A stretch of DNA of 64,000 nt from Pelagomonas calceolata (GCA_918797485.1 CAKKNE010000005.1:2852001-2916000), one strand, 5' to 3'. Shown: positions 42,974 to 55,325, numbered from the stretch's first letter. A program made the numbers and translations. The notes: generated by a model from the letters alone, not told the origin.

Positions 42974-45900
42974 ATGGACGAAGACGATGACGGCCCCCGC
43001 GTCATCACTGAGCTCACCGGCGCGTCCTGGGCGCGCACCTGGTGGCAGCTCCTCTTCTCCCTGGTCCTCTACGCGATATTGATCGTCCTCGTGAAGATCA
43101 AGGAGCGAGTAATACCACGAAAAAAACCGAGCAAGGCCCACCCCGAGACCTTTGCTGTGGATGAAGCGTATAAACACTTTATTGCGGTGTGGGTCGGGGA
43201 TGATGACACGGGCGACCTGCCGCAGAAGGAGCTGCTCCAGGACTTTCTGGCTTGTGGGCAGTTAATAGGTTCATTACTTTGTGTGGCCTGCTGGGTCGTC
43301 AAGGCGTATCGGATGGAGGTGCCGTATTGTGTGCACGTCCTCGACTGCATTTGCTGCTTTCTGTTTTTTGCTCATACGGTCTTCGTGATTCTGCGGAAGG
43401 GCGCCACGGCTACTGTACTAAGTGCACATGTCCTGGTGGACTGTTTAACCATACCATGGTTATGCTTACAAAAAACACCATCAATACGGGGGAGCAGCTG
43501 GCTCTCGCCGGGGTATCTGAGGGTCTATTTCGTCATGAGTGGCACGTCCACGTTAGCTGGGTCATCTAACCTAGAGTGGCTACCAGAAATAGCGGTCAAG
43601 GGCGCCCAGACCGCCGTCGAGTTTCTGGGACTCATAGTACTATTAGCAGGGACGATGTGGACGCTAGAACTCTTAGGCGAGACGTCCTTCGACGACGTCT
43701 ACTTCGCGGCGGACATGGGCGACATTAGTTTTTATCAGATGGTCTACTTCACGTTCATCACCATGTCTACCGTGGGTTATGGCGACTACTCACCAGTAAC
43801 TGTACTAGGAAGAGCGTTCGTGTTCGTTCTCATACTGGTTGGTGTCACGTTCTTCTCCTACGCTACGGTGCAATTAGTAGAATTACAAGGATTACAGGCG
43901 TCGGGCAAGGGGCGGTATCGGCTATCGTCCGCAAGAGCTCGGAGGAACGGCCACGTCATTGTGGCAGGGAGCGCCGCGCAGTGCGGCCAGCGCTTCGCCA
44001 TTGAGGCATTCCTCAGAAATCTCGTGGCGGACCACGAGAGCGCGCCGGAGGTCGTGATACTGGCGCGGACGCCGTGCTCCGAGGAGGTCCAATCGATGTT
44101 GAGGGAGCCCTGGGCGAGACATGTGTTCTACTTCATCGGATCCTTACTAAACTCCGATGACTTGGAGAGAGTCTGCGCGACGAAATCGAAGATGACCTTC
44201 GTGCTCTGCAACATCAACTCGAGCAAGCCCGACGATGACGACGACGCGAATATACTCAGAGCAGCCACCTTCACGCGCCAGTGCCCGCGGGCTCCTTTAA
44301 GATTAGTCGTTCTGCGCGTGAACAAGTTGAAAGTGGCGTCGAATCTGGGCTTGCCCCGGTCCTGGTGCTTTGCGCTGAATTCTCTCAAGACGTCGCTCGC
44401 CGCAACTAACTCATTGTGCCCCGGCGTGTCTACATTGGTACTCAATTTGGTGTTGAGGAATGTGGCACGGCCCCCACATATACGAGCGACGGACGTGCCG
44501 CCCTGGCTCGCGAGGTACATGGCGTCGACCTGTTATGCCATGAGAGGATTGATGTTGGACCCGTCCTTCGCGGGCAAGACGTTCAGGGAGGCGGCTCTAG
44601 AGTGCGCCAAGGTCGGCGTGTTGCTATTAGCGGTGCAATCCCAAGAAACGGGGCAGATCGTCCTCAACCCGTCGCGGATGAAACTTGGACGCGATACAGT
44701 GGCCTTTGGGATCGATGATGGCGACGACGACTATCTGGAGATCGCGGACCCGAGGTGCGCCGACGGTCCCGAGGTCTGGGTCGAGGCCCTGCGGGAATGT
44801 AGGCGGCGCACCGCCGCCAAGAGGATTCATAGAGTCGAGCAGCACACGCCGGCGAAGCAGGCCAACGCCGTCTTCCAGCGGCAGGCGTCTGGCTTACCAA
44901 CGGAAGAGACGCGGCAGGCGTCTTCCTTGCCGGTCATCGGCGCGCTGTCGTCGCTCATGGAGGCCGATCCATCAGCGGACCGGAAGCGCCGGGCGGACAT
45001 CGAGGGGCGGCGCGACCTGCCCCGCTCTACCTCACCACAAGAGCAAGCGTCGGGCCTGGCGTCGCTGGCGAAGCAGGCGAAGCAGTTCAAGGCCACGTCG
45101 AGCATCGGCGGACATGTAATAGAGGCCGAGCACTCCTACTTAACGCCGTTAGAAGTAGTAGAAGCCGGCGGCCACATCGTCGTCGCGCTGCAGGGCGACT
45201 TCCTCTGGGCCCAGCTCACGTCGCTCTGCTCCGCTCTACGGAGCCGCACGAAGACCCCTATTTTAGCGATCGGCGACGTCGAGGCTCCATCAGTCATGTT
45301 CGACGGCGACGGCCGCGCGGTCCAGACCTCGGATTTATTCTTCGTGCGGGGCAACCTGCAGTCCGTGTCCTTTCTGGAAGATGCGGGTCTACCGAGAGCG
45401 GAGTCGTTCGTGGCCCTCGGCGTCCTCGCCGCGGACAATACCGATGAAATGATGATCGATTTACCGCACGATTTATTGGCGGCCATCGTCGAGAGCCAAT
45501 TGGGACGGTGGGGCCGGGCGCGCGACTTGCCGTTAGTGTACGACTTCTTCTCGTCAAAAAATCTGGACCAACTGCCGCGGCGCGTCAAGGTCGAGGACGC
45601 GCCGGACGTCGGCGTGCGGGCCAATTTGAGATATGTCGCCGGCGAGGTCCTGCCGCGGAACGAGGTGCTCGGATCGTATGCCATTGCCTACTCGACGCCC
45701 GGGGCGTTGGAAGTCGTCGATTCTCTCATACAACCCTTCGCGACGGACCAGAAGGTGTGCCTGCTGGATATTTTATTAAGACCGGAGCACGTGGGCAAGC
45801 CCTACGCCGAGGTCGCGGCGCTGGCCATCGAGCGCGGCGCCGTGCCGCTCGGCACCGTCCGCGCGCCTAGTGAAGAGGACCCCGACCAGGAGGGTCCCGT

Positions 45901-46288
45901 GTCGTGTTCCGTGCTCATGGGCCCGCTGGACACCGAGCCGATCGGCCCCGGCGACCGCCTCGTCGTCTTGGCCTCTATAGGCTGGGCGAAACAAAATGCG
46001 GACGTGGGCGCGCCGCCTCGTTTCCCGGGCGACCACAAACCATCCGTCTCGATCTCGATGCAGACCCAGGCCAAGCTCGCCGGCAAGCTCCTCGGCGCCG
46101 CGCGGCGGGCCAAGGCCAAGCTCGCCTCGGCCGCGCCTCCGAAGTCTCCGCCGAAGGTCGTCGACCTCCGCGTGACGGCCGAGCACTCGCCGACGGTGGA
46201 CCCGTGGCCGGCGGACCGGCGGCCGTCGATGGAGGAATCGCCCGCACCGCTGTCGGACCCGGACCCCGTTCGCCTAAGCTCGAAATAA
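42974..46288 (+). CDS. BK/Slo-type potassium channel with RCK domains
   Basis: Transmembrane segments, TMSTVGYGD selectivity filter, two RCK-like regions (GHVIVAG, GHIVVA). Confidence 0.9.
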   Translation: MDEDDDGPRVITELTGASWARTWWQLLFSLVLYAILIVLVKIKERVIPRKKPSKAHPETFAVDEAYKHFIAVWVGDDDTGDLPQKELLQDFLACGQLIGSLLCVACWVVKAYRMEVPYCVHVLDCICCFLFFAHTVFVILRKGATATVLSAHVLVDCLTIPWLCLQKTPSIRGSSWLSPGYLRVYFVMSGTSTLAGSSNLEWLPEIAVKGAQTAVEFLGLIVLLAGTMWTLELLGETSFDDVYFAADMGDISFYQMVYFTFITMSTVGYGDYSPVTVLGRAFVFVLILVGVTFFSYATVQLVELQGLQASGKGRYRLSSARARRNGHVIVAGSAAQCGQRFAIEAFLRNLVADHESAPEVVILARTPCSEEVQSMLREPWARHVFYFIGSLLNSDDLERVCATKSKMTFVLCNINSSKPDDDDDANILRAATFTRQCPRAPLRLVVLRVNKLKVASNLGLPRSWCFALNSLKTSLAATNSLCPGVSTLVLNLVLRNVARPPHIRATDVPPWLARYMASTCYAMRGLMLDPSFAGKTFREAALECAKVGVLLLAVQSQETGQIVLNPSRMKLGRDTVAFGIDDGDDDYLEIADPRCADGPEVWVEALRECRRRTAAKRIHRVEQHTPAKQANAVFQRQASGLPTEETRQASSLPVIGALSSLMEADPSADRKRRADIEGRRDLPRSTSPQEQASGLASLAKQAKQFKATSSIGGHVIEAEHSYLTPLEVVEAGGHIVVALQGDFLWAQLTSLCSALRSRTKTPILAIGDVEAPSVMFDGDGRAVQTSDLFFVRGNLQSVSFLEDAGLPRAESFVALGVLAADNTDEMMIDLPHDLLAAIVESQLGRWGRARDLPLVYDFFSSKNLDQLPRRVKVEDAPDVGVRANLRYVAGEVLPRNEVLGSYAIAYSTPGALEVVDSLIQPFATDQKVCLLDILLRPEHVGKPYAEVAALAIERGAVPLGTVRAPSEEDPDQEGPVSCSVLMGPLDTEPIGPGDRLVVLASIGWAKQNADVGAPPRFPGDHKPSVSISMQTQAKLAGKLLGAARRAKAKLASAAPPKSPPKVVDLRVTAEHSPTVDPWPADRRPSMEESPAPLSDPDPVRLSSK

Positions 46289-46362
46289 GGTAGTAGCCTG
46301 AGACTCGGACTCGGCGCCGGCGGACTCGGAGAAACTTGAATAAGGAACTACTACGCAATTAG

Positions 46363-47622
46363 CTAGCGCGGTCGATCGGCGGGGGGCGGGTACTGCGAAA
46401 ATATCAGGTCTCGAAATCTCTCGTAGCACTCCTTGGCTTCCTTGGAGTCGGACGCCCTTTTCTTGGACTCCCGCAGCCCACCCAAAGGACCGGGAGGAAA
46501 GGTATGACCGGACGCGCACGTTTTCGAGTGGCCAGTTAGCCAATCGACCCGCTGGCATTCTTCGTCGCAGTACCGCCGAGCGCCGCAGTAACAGACGGGA
46601 AACCGCTCCACCTCTAGCGTGCCCTGCCGTCCGCAGGTGTCGCATACGCGCCGCCGGAGTCGTCTCAGAAGTGGCCTCTGGGTGTCGGATAATGAACCCT
46701 CATCCTCCCAAGATTCCAGAGCTTTCCGTTCGACCTCAGCCTCGTGCTCCTCTTCAGGTTGGTCCCTGGCCCACTCATCCCGCTTGCGCCGCATTAAGTG
46801 CAGGTCCTCCCATTTTTCGGCCTCGTCGGCGTCGGTGGCCGGTGTGACGCCGGGGACCGTAATGACCGACGCACGTGTCCCTTCGTCAAGAGTCACCGTC
46901 GTTTCGTTCCAGCCAAGAACCAAAGGTCTATTTGTCCCGGGTTCAACAAGAGTGTCCGGCAGAGCCACAAGGCTCGTGCAGTCGGTCAGTGTGAGCGTCA
47001 ATCGTGATGACATCCTGCCGATCGATTCTGGAAGCGCGGCGAGGCTTGAACACCCGGCCAAGTAGAGCTCCGTCAGCGCTTTGAGCTCACCGATCGCGTC
47101 CGGTAGCGCGGTAAGGCTCGAGCACGATTGCAGACTGAGCCCCGTCAGTGCGCCGAGCCCTCCGATCGCGGCCGGCAGCGCGGCGAGTTTTGAGCACCCG
47201 TACAAGGTGAGCGTCGTCAGCGCGCCGAGCTTACCGATGGAGTCCGGCAGCGCGGCGAGGCTCGAACACCCTTCCAAGTAGAGCCCCGTCAGCGCGCCGA
47301 GCTCGCCTATCGCGGCCGGCAATTTGGTGAGGCTCTCGCATCCACTCAAGTCGAGAAAGGTCAGCGCTTTGAGCCCGCCGATTGTGTCCGGTAGCTCGAG
47401 CAGTTGCGGGCACGATAAGTTGACTGCCTCCAGCCCCTCGAGCGTGCCGAGGGACTCCGGCAGCAAGATCAGTTTTCGACTAAGTACTTTAAATTCCTTC
47501 CCGTTCTGAGTTACCCCTGCTTCCCCGGGGCACATGTCATAGATCTCCCTGAGTACATCCTTTCCTGCTCGCTTGTGCTTGCGCGCGGCTACCTTGGCTT
47601 TGTCTTTCTTGCGCGGCGCCAT
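46363..47622 (-). CDS. LRR protein with a C-terminal MYND zinc finger
   Basis: 24-aa LxLxGCxxLxxLPxxIGxL repeats; CDTC...CYC....YC..ECQ..DW..GH...C. Confidence 0.88.
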   Translation of the reverse strand: MAPRKKDKAKVAARKHKRAGKDVLREIYDMCPGEAGVTQNGKEFKVLSRKLILLPESLGTLEGLEAVNLSCPQLLELPDTIGGLKALTFLDLSGCESLTKLPAAIGELGALTGLYLEGCSSLAALPDSIGKLGALTTLTLYGCSKLAALPAAIGGLGALTGLSLQSCSSLTALPDAIGELKALTELYLAGCSSLAALPESIGRMSSRLTLTLTDCTSLVALPDTLVEPGTNRPLVLGWNETTVTLDEGTRASVITVPGVTPATDADEAEKWEDLHLMRRKRDEWARDQPEEEHEAEVERKALESWEDEGSLSDTQRPLLRRLRRRVCDTCGRQGTLEVERFPVCYCGARRYCDEECQRVDWLTGHSKTCASGHTFPPGPLGGLRESKKRASDSKEAKECYERFRDLIFSQYPPPADRPR

Positions 47623-47823
47623 CACGCTGCCCGGGCGCTGCTGCGGCAGCCCAGATGGAATACGGGAGGGCAAAACTTGCCGTGCTCGGGTGAGATCAAG
47701 AGCACCCGCACAGACCGCGCACGCACGAGCGACGCATCGATGCATCGAGCACGCACGAGCGACGCCACCGCCCAAAGACTAAACTATAGCAGCATTACAC
47801 AAAATACCGCCTTTCACCGACGC

Positions 47824-48932
47824 TCAGAGCCGCCCGCCCGACGCCGCCTGCGTGATGTCCTTCTCGGCCGCGACGACCTCCTCGGCGTCGCCCTCGGCCT
47901 TGTCGCCGGAATCCTCGGCGCCTTCGCCCGAGTGCAGCTCCATGAGCTTGACCAGATCGAACTTCGGCTTCTTGAGGACCTTGACCTTGCGGACGAAGAC
48001 GTTCTGCATCGGAAAGATGCCCGCGCACGCCTTCTCGATCTCGCCGCCCATGTACTCCGGGATGAGTTTCAGCACCAAATCCTTGAGGTCGCACTTCGAC
48101 GCCTCTTCCCGCATCACATCCACCATCTTCTTCCGGATCTGGCGGACCTGTGCGCTGTTCGCGTAGCACATCTTGCTGACCTGGTTCGGCATTTTGGTGG
48201 TGAAGCCGATGGCGAACATGCGCAAGGTGTAGCCGTCCGTCGTCTTGACGTCCACATTACCCTCGACCAAGGTCTGCCACTTCTTGATGAGCGACGCGAG
48301 CTTGTCGCGGGTCATGCCCATGCCGTGGAAGTTCGTCAAACAATTGTAGCCCTGGACGTCCTCGCAGATCAATTTAATTTTGCGGTAGGTCTGGTCCTCG
48401 TCGTTGTTGAGATCTCCCAACGAGATCTCGAAGACGCGGCCCTTGAGCGCGTCCGAGGCGATCTTGGTACCCTGGGTCCTCGTCACCAAGGTCTTGCCGC
48501 AGTTCCGCACGGAAAACATGGACGGCGCCTTGATCTCGTACCATTCCTTCTTGAGGAAGGGGTCGACGGCCTTCTTCTTGCCGCCCTTTTTGGACCTGTG
48601 GGGATTGGAGGGTGAGTGGTCTCTGGTCTCTCTGGTGGTCTCTCTCGTCTTGGCTCTCGCCGGGCGGCCGCGGCCTCGCGCGCTGCCGGCGCGGCGGTGG
48701 CGTGCGGTCCGCGCGTCGGGCGGCGGCGGCCGGGCCGCGCCTCGCCTCCCGCGGCGCGCCGGCGCCCTGAGAGCTGCCGTTGCTGCCGGCGACGCCGCGG
48801 CGGCGGGCGGTCAGCGCTGCGCGCCGCCGCGCGGCTCGCTTGGGCGCTATCACCAAATTAGCTGCAGTCCTCGCTGTCGCCTTCAGACGCGGCGACGCAC
48901 TTAGTTAATCGTTTATTCTTGCCGATAGCCAT
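47824..48932 (-). CDS. RPS3A: 40S ribosomal protein S3a (eS1); intron at 48596-48900
   Basis: Exon 1 [11 protein letters not shown] joins [13 protein letters not shown] via [27 protein letters not shown]. Confidence 0.97.
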
Positions 48933-49335
48933 GGCTGCTGCGACCTCCCGCGCGCGTGAGCGTCAGCGGTGAAGGGCAGGGGCTACTTAGCACGGCTATT
49001 TTAGACTAGCTTTTGTCGAGCCTCGCCGATGATGGTAGACACTCTAGCCTTAAAAATCGACCGTACCCATCCGCGCCGCCGCCTCGCCCACACGTCGACG
49101 ACCGCATCCTCCCCGCAAAACGACGTCTCTCCCACAAATACCGAACCCGAGCAGCGGGGACCAAATCGAGCCAGGCGCCGCCACGAGCTCGCCGCAAGAG
49201 CTGCCCGCCGGCGCGCCACGTGACGCAAGCCCATTGGACAGGGCCCACATACACGCAAAAAGCAATACCACTCAGCAGTTGCACCGCCGCAGCAACAGCA
49301 AATAGAAACGAGCCCAACAGGCTGTTTCCGCCAAA

Positions 49336-52300
49336 ATGGGCGCCACGCTCGACAAGTTCATGACCATCGAGGAGGTGCCCGAGGAGTGGCGCAGCCTGGA
49401 CGTGACGGTGGGCGGCCCCGTCGACGCCAGTCATTTCTGCGACAACGGGGTCCGGACGTACAAGTACAACCTACTCAATTTCTTCCCCAAGAGCATGTTC
49501 GAGCAGATGCGGCGCACGGCCAACCAATATTTCTTGCTTATATGTATCATGATGTTTCTTGGTACTTATACGACGTGGTTTTATTCTCCATTAACACCGT
49601 GGTCCACATTCCTACCCTTGATGATTATTTTACTTGTAACAATGGCCAAGGAAGGCTTCGAAGATGTGAAACGTCATCAAAGTGATAAGCGCGTGAACAA
49701 CACGCCCGCCACTATTCTTAGTACGGATCCGGGCGATGCGCCCGGTATAACCCAAACATTGAGGAGAAAGGACCTGAGGCCGGGCCACGTCGTCGTGATC
49801 GGAGACAGAGAAGAAATACCGGCGGATTTGATACTGTTGTGGTCGTCCGAGGGTCCGCAAGCCTACGTCGAGACCTCGAACATTGATGGGGAAACGAACT
49901 TAAAAATAAAGAAACCGGCACTAATAGACGACGAGCCCATCATCCAAAGCCCGGAGACGGCGAAGAACACGCAGCTCAGCAGTACCTTCGAGCCGCCCTG
50001 TGGTAGGGTACATACGTTCGAAGGCACTTTAAGGGCCAAAGAGCAGTCCATTCCCCTGGATGCCACTCAATTTCTGTTACGTGGTTCTACGCTACGAAAC
50101 ACGAAGAAAGCTTTAGGTGTTGTGGCCTACACCGGCAGGGACACGCGTTTGGTCAGAAACTCGCGCGACGTGCCCTCGAAGCTATCAGAGCTAGAACGAG
50201 TAGTGAACATGATGGTCTACTTCATCCTGTTCGCCATGATCATCATTACCACAATAAGTATGATCGCGTATGTGGTCTGGTTTTCTGGACATAAAGCGCA
50301 TCTCTGGTACATGTGCTACCGCTATAATAACGCGGATGTCCCTGCCTTATTCCGAGAAAACTGTGAATCCTCAGATAACTACGCGCCTGGTTCGACGTGG
50401 CCGACCTTCTTCATCTTATACAATAACTTCGTACCGATCTCGTTGTACGTCACTATCGAAATGATCAACTACGTCCAGGCGTCGTATATAGATAATGATT
50501 TAGAAATGTACGACGACGAGGACGACGTGCCCGCGCTCGCTCGCACGTCGAACATGAACGCTGATTTAGGTATGATTGCTCATATCTTCTCGGATAAGAC
50601 CGGGACGCTCACGCGTAACATCATGGAGTTCAAGAAGTGCGCCTGCGCCGGTAAAATATATGAGAAGGGTGCTACGTTGCGCGGTAAGGTATCACAGCCA
50701 TCGGTGGAAAGGGACTTGGTCGAAATCATGGCGGTGTGTCACACCGTCGTTCCCGACGAGGACGGCTACCAGGCCGAGTCGCCCGACGAAGAAGCTTTGG
50801 TCAAAGGTGCGGCGGAACTGGGCATGAAATTCACGGCGCGGTCGACGGAAGGTGTGGAAGTGGACGGGAAGCGTTATTTAGTTCTAGCGACGATCCCGTT
50901 CAATTCGACGCGGAAGCGCATGTCCGCTTTAGTACAAGGCCCGGACGGCAAAGCTCGAATCCTGTGCAAGGGCGCGGACAACATCATGTTCGGCCTCACG
51001 GGCAAAGATAGCTTCAAACGCTTCGCGGGTGGGCGACCTGCCTTAGATGACTGCCTGCAGCAGTTCAGTCGAGTGGGTTTGAGAACCTTGGTGCTCGGGC
51101 GCCGCGACGTCTCGAGATCGGAGAAGGACAAGTTTTTGAAAGCGTGGCGCGCGGCCGAGACGGCCACGGAAGATAGGAAGGGCAAATTAGCCGAGGCCGC
51201 GGCGCTGATCGAGAGGGACTTCGAGATCGTCGGCGCGACGGCCATCGAGGATCGATTGCAGGACGGCGTGCCCGAGACGATCCATGAGCTCGCCAAGGCC
51301 GAGATCAAGCTCTGGGTGCTGACGGGCGACAAGGTCGAGACGGCCATTAATATCGCCAAATCCGCCAAGCTGCTCACCGACGACATGTTCCTCGTCAAGC
51401 TGCCGGTTTGGGCGCCGCGTCCTTGTTCGTGCCTTCGCTGTCCATCACGCCATCGACGCGCCGCGTGACGCACCATGTCGAGAGAGAGCGCGTTACTCTT
51501 GTATTCGCGCAGGCCGAGGGCGCGACGAAGGGCCCCGAGGGCGACTGGGGTTTAGGGGCGCAGCTGACCGCGCTCGAGGCCGTCGTCCAGCGCGCGGCGA
51601 CGCCGGACCCGGCAGCTACTGTTTCTTGGTCGTCGCTGCAGGAGTCGACACTCAGAGAACCTCTGGATGATGACCCCCAGCGAACCCCGGCTTCGCTAGC
51701 TTCCGATCACTTAGCCTTAGTCGTCGAAGGTGCGACCGCGATGGAGACGATCCTGGGAAACGAGGAGCTCGAGCAGCGCTTTTTGAAATTAGCGAACGTC
51801 TGCAAGGCCGTCGTCGCGTGTCGCGTGTCGCCGGCGCAAAAACGGTTGATCGTCGGCTTGGTGCGGAGGAAGGATACGACGAGACCCGTCACTTTAGCTA
51901 TAGGCGACGGCGCCAACGACGTCGGCATGATCCAGGAGGCCCACATCGGCGTCGGTATTAGCGGCAAGGAGGGTCGCCAGGCCGTGAACAACTCGGACTT
52001 TGCCATCGGCCAATTCCGGTTCTTGAAACCTTTATTACTAAAACACGGCCGCAGGAACTACCGGAGAATGTCCAAAGTCATCGTCTACTCCTTCTTCAAG
52101 AATATTGTCTTGACTTTCGTGCTCTTCTACTATCAAGCGGACTGCGGCTGGAGCGGGACGTCGTTCTACGAGGCCTGGGTCTACAGTGGCTTCAACTTCT
52201 TTTTAGCATTTACGCCTTTAGCGTTCGGCTGGTTCGACGTCGATACCAGTGCGGAGACGGTGCGGAAGTACCCCCGGTTGTATGCCGCGGGCTTACATAG

Positions 52301-53370
52301 GATGGACCTGAACGCGCGTCGCGGCGTCTCTTTTAGTTCCTCCGTCGCGGCGACGTCGTCGTCGAGAGTACTTCTACGCCACCACTACGGCGCTGCCCCT
52401 CTCCACGACATCGACGCGCCGTCGTCGCTCATCGACGCTCATTGCTCTCGCGGCCATGGCATCGACGCGCTGTCGCGCCGCCTCGGCGCCGTCGCGGCGA
52501 TGGCGTGCCGGCGAGAGCTACGCCACCGCCACGCCATCGGCGCGATCCGTGAGAGAGACGCGTCGTTCCACCGCCGCGACTCACGGGTCCGCCTCGCAGG
52601 TCACGAACATGGCCTACGCCACTTTGGAGGCCGTCGGCGCGTCGCTACTCATCTACTTTATTACAAGACAGGTCTACTGGCGCCCGCAGAACGTCTGGAC
52701 GCACCGAGGGAAAGACGGGGACCTGTGGGTCTTCGGCACCGCCGTTTTCGTCGGCATGGTCAACGCCATGTTATTGCGGGCCGCTCTCCTGGTGGACTCG
52801 TGGAACAAGTACCACATCTACTTTTTCTTTATGCAGTTCCTGGCCCTCTACGCGTTCGTCATTTTTATGTCCGAGGTCTGGCCAACCAGCAGTGTGGACT
52901 GGTTCCTGGATTATGACTACTACGGCGTCGCGTTCCACTCCTTTGAACTTGGCGTTTATTGGTTACTTACGTTTATCTTGGTGCCCGTGGCCTGCGCTGC
53001 TTTACAGCTACTTGTAGTAGGTGTCCACTTGGAGTTCTTCCCGAACGTCAACGACATCGGGCGGGAGTTGGATCATGGCCACGTGGATGGCGAAAGCTTG
53101 GAGCACTCGCGCAAAGATAACACGTTCGTGCCGCTGCGGTCGCGGTACTCGCTGCACGGTTTGGTGGATCGGTGCCTCGGCCGCGCGGCGCCCGCGCGGC
53201 CGGACCTCGTCACGCAGGACTCGATCCGAAGCGTCTCCGACAGCCTCGGCCCCGGGCGCGCGGCCCAGATCGGCCTCGAGGCGACGCCCGAGTCGGGCTT
53301 CGACTACTCGCACGCCGCGGACCAGTCGTTCCACGCGCCGTCGCCCGTTTCGGCGTCCGGCGTCATCTAG
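49336..53370 (+). CDS. P4-type phospholipid-transporting ATPase; introns at 51406-51512 (GT-AG) and 52314-52599 (GC-AG)
   Basis: DGETNLK, VPISLYV, DKTGTLT, KGAD, TGDK, GDGANDV, GKEGRQA. Confidence 0.95.
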
Positions 53371-53686
53371 GCGTTGCGCTTCCCGTTCCCCCTTCCCCGC
53401 GTTGGGGGGGGATAATTCTCTCCAGTTTATTTACGTGGGGCTAGCAGGTTTTTATGAGCCTTCAGGCTCTGCCAGCGTTTTTTTTCGCCATCGCATTACG
53501 TGCTCGTCACTTGCAGCCCGCAGTGCCCGCCGGGTACGCTTAGTTACTCAGGCAGCCCCTGGTGCAATCGGCGCGCAGCCTCGCCGCGCCTGCATCACTC
53601 TCTCCTCTGTCCTGCACCAGCACCAACAAAGCGCGTCGAGCGCATACGATAATCCGCTCGCGCGTCAGACAGCCCGGGACCTCGTC

Positions 53687-54343
53687 ATGTCTTCTGAGAG
53701 CGACCTCGCGCATGATCGTTTGAGTTTGTTTGAGGAAGACCTCGCGGGCCAGTGCGAGCGCCGGGGCGACGCGGCGGGTGTGGTGATCGCTCGCTCCCGG
53801 TTAAGTCAGGAGCAGATGCAGAAATTATTAGCAGAAATGCGGCGCCGGGACGAGCCCATGGACGCAAAAACCCTCGAAGCGGAGATCCGAAAGTTGGGCG
53901 GGACCGTAGTCGAGCCCGCGGCCCTTAGAGCCAAACCGAAGAAAACGACCAAGCGGAAGAGCCCCGAGGTCATCAAGATACAGGACTCGTCCGACGAGAA
54001 GGCGTCGAGCAGCGAAGACGAGGACGAGAAGCCGTCGCCCGCGAAGAAGGCGAAGGCCGCACACGCGGACCCCATGTGGGCCCGGATGATGGGTGGCATG
54101 GCGAACATTATGGAGCAGCGCCCCGGCGGCGCGAACAGCGCGGCGTTTATCCGCTCATGCGCTGTTCAACCGTTAAGCGAGCAGAAGATTGACGAGTTAA
54201 AAGAGGCCCTCTCGATGAAGAACCAACTTTTTGAACAACAGAAGCAGGCGATCGCAAGGAAGGCGAAGAAGGCGAAGGCCGTGGACCCGGAGGAGGACGC
54301 CGAATTGATCTGCCGGCCCAAAAAGACGGGAAAGAGTTGCTAG
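53687..54343 (+). CDS. Hypothetical charged protein
   Basis: ATG ORF MSSESDLA...; no domain recognised. Confidence 0.55.
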   Translation: MSSESDLAHDRLSLFEEDLAGQCERRGDAAGVVIARSRLSQEQMQKLLAEMRRRDEPMDAKTLEAEIRKLGGTVVEPAALRAKPKKTTKRKSPEVIKIQDSSDEKASSSEDEDEKPSPAKKAKAAHADPMWARMMGGMANIMEQRPGGANSAAFIRSCAVQPLSEQKIDELKEALSMKNQLFEQQKQAIARKAKKAKAVDPEEDAELICRPKKTGKSC

Positions 54344-54397
54344 GCGCACTCGGTGGCGCGGGCGACGCGCAATCAGACGACTAAATCTTATGAAAAC

Positions 54398-55081
54398 TTA
54401 CACATATGCCGAATGCAGGTGCCCGTGCCAGTAGCTATCGGCCGTCGTATTCGAGGACGACGCGCGCATCCTGTCTCGCCGTAGGCGCGTCTCCCCGTCC
54501 TCGACGAGGGCCGTGTTCACGAGCACGGAGTGCTGCCACCAGGGCATCGGGACGTGGTGGCCCCGGCTCGAAATCGGCTCGGGCGCCTCGAGCGTGATGA
54601 GCACGCGCTGCTCCCGGATCGTCTTCCGCAGGTAGTCCGCCGCTTCGCGCGCGTCCTTATATCGCTGACCGTCGATGGACGCGATGCGGTGGCCGGGCAC
54701 CATGAAGCCCCGCCGCGCGGCCTCGTACAGCGCCGGGCACAATTCGGGGCACACGCTCACTATGCAAACGTGGCCGTCTTTTCTGTTTCGCAATACTAGA
54801 CCGAGTTCCTCCTGCGTCTGCTCGATCCAGATGTCGTACGGCGACTCGTAGTCCTGCAACAAGGCCTGGAACTCGGAGAAGTCCAGGCTCCCGCTGCCGT
54901 CGGCGTCGTACTTGGCAAGCAAAGCCTGCACCTGCTGTGGCGCAGGCACCTCGTACATGAGCGTCCGGATCATCTCCGGGATTACGTGTACGTCGATCGT
55001 GCCGCTCTCGTCCAGGTCGAAGCACTCGAAGACCGTGCGCAGGTCGTTGTCGTCGCGGATGCGGAGGGTTTGGCGGGGCAT
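54398..55081 (-). CDS. EF-hand protein with a PDZ-like domain
   Basis: FDLDESGTID and YDADGSGSLDFSEF EF-hands; LGLVL...GHRIASIDG PDZ-like region. Confidence 0.8.
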   Translation of the reverse strand: MPRQTLRIRDDNDLRTVFECFDLDESGTIDVHVIPEMIRTLMYEVPAPQQVQALLAKYDADGSGSLDFSEFQALLQDYESPYDIWIEQTQEELGLVLRNRKDGHVCIVSVCPELCPALYEAARRGFMVPGHRIASIDGQRYKDAREAADYLRKTIREQRVLITLEAPEPISSRGHHVPMPWWQHSVLVNTALVEDGETRLRRDRMRASSSNTTADSYWHGHLHSAYV

Positions 55082-55318
55082 GGTTCTTTTCTGCGCGCCG
55101 CCGCCGCCGGGTCACCAGCGCGTAGCACTTGGTTTGGTTCCTGGGTGTGCCAGCGCTTCGCCGCTTGTTCTCTTCGCTGGGATGGGGCCGAGGCAGCCCC
55201 AGGCTTGCTCGGCGCCCCCGGGGCAGCCCTTCTATGATGCCCCGGGTGATTCCCGCTTTTTACTCGGGTCAGATGGGGCAATTAGCGCATTTGGCCCCGG
55301 GTCTTTGTGCTGAGGGGG

Positions 55319-55325
55319 TATTTAA
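55319..55325 (+). promoter_or_regulatory. TATA-like box of U6 gene 1
   Basis: TATTTAA about 31 nt upstream of the predicted +1 G. Confidence 0.55.

Noticed and set aside
48596..48900. Possible snoRNA in the RPS3A intron
   Set aside because: No convincing C/D or H/ACA box arrangement seen
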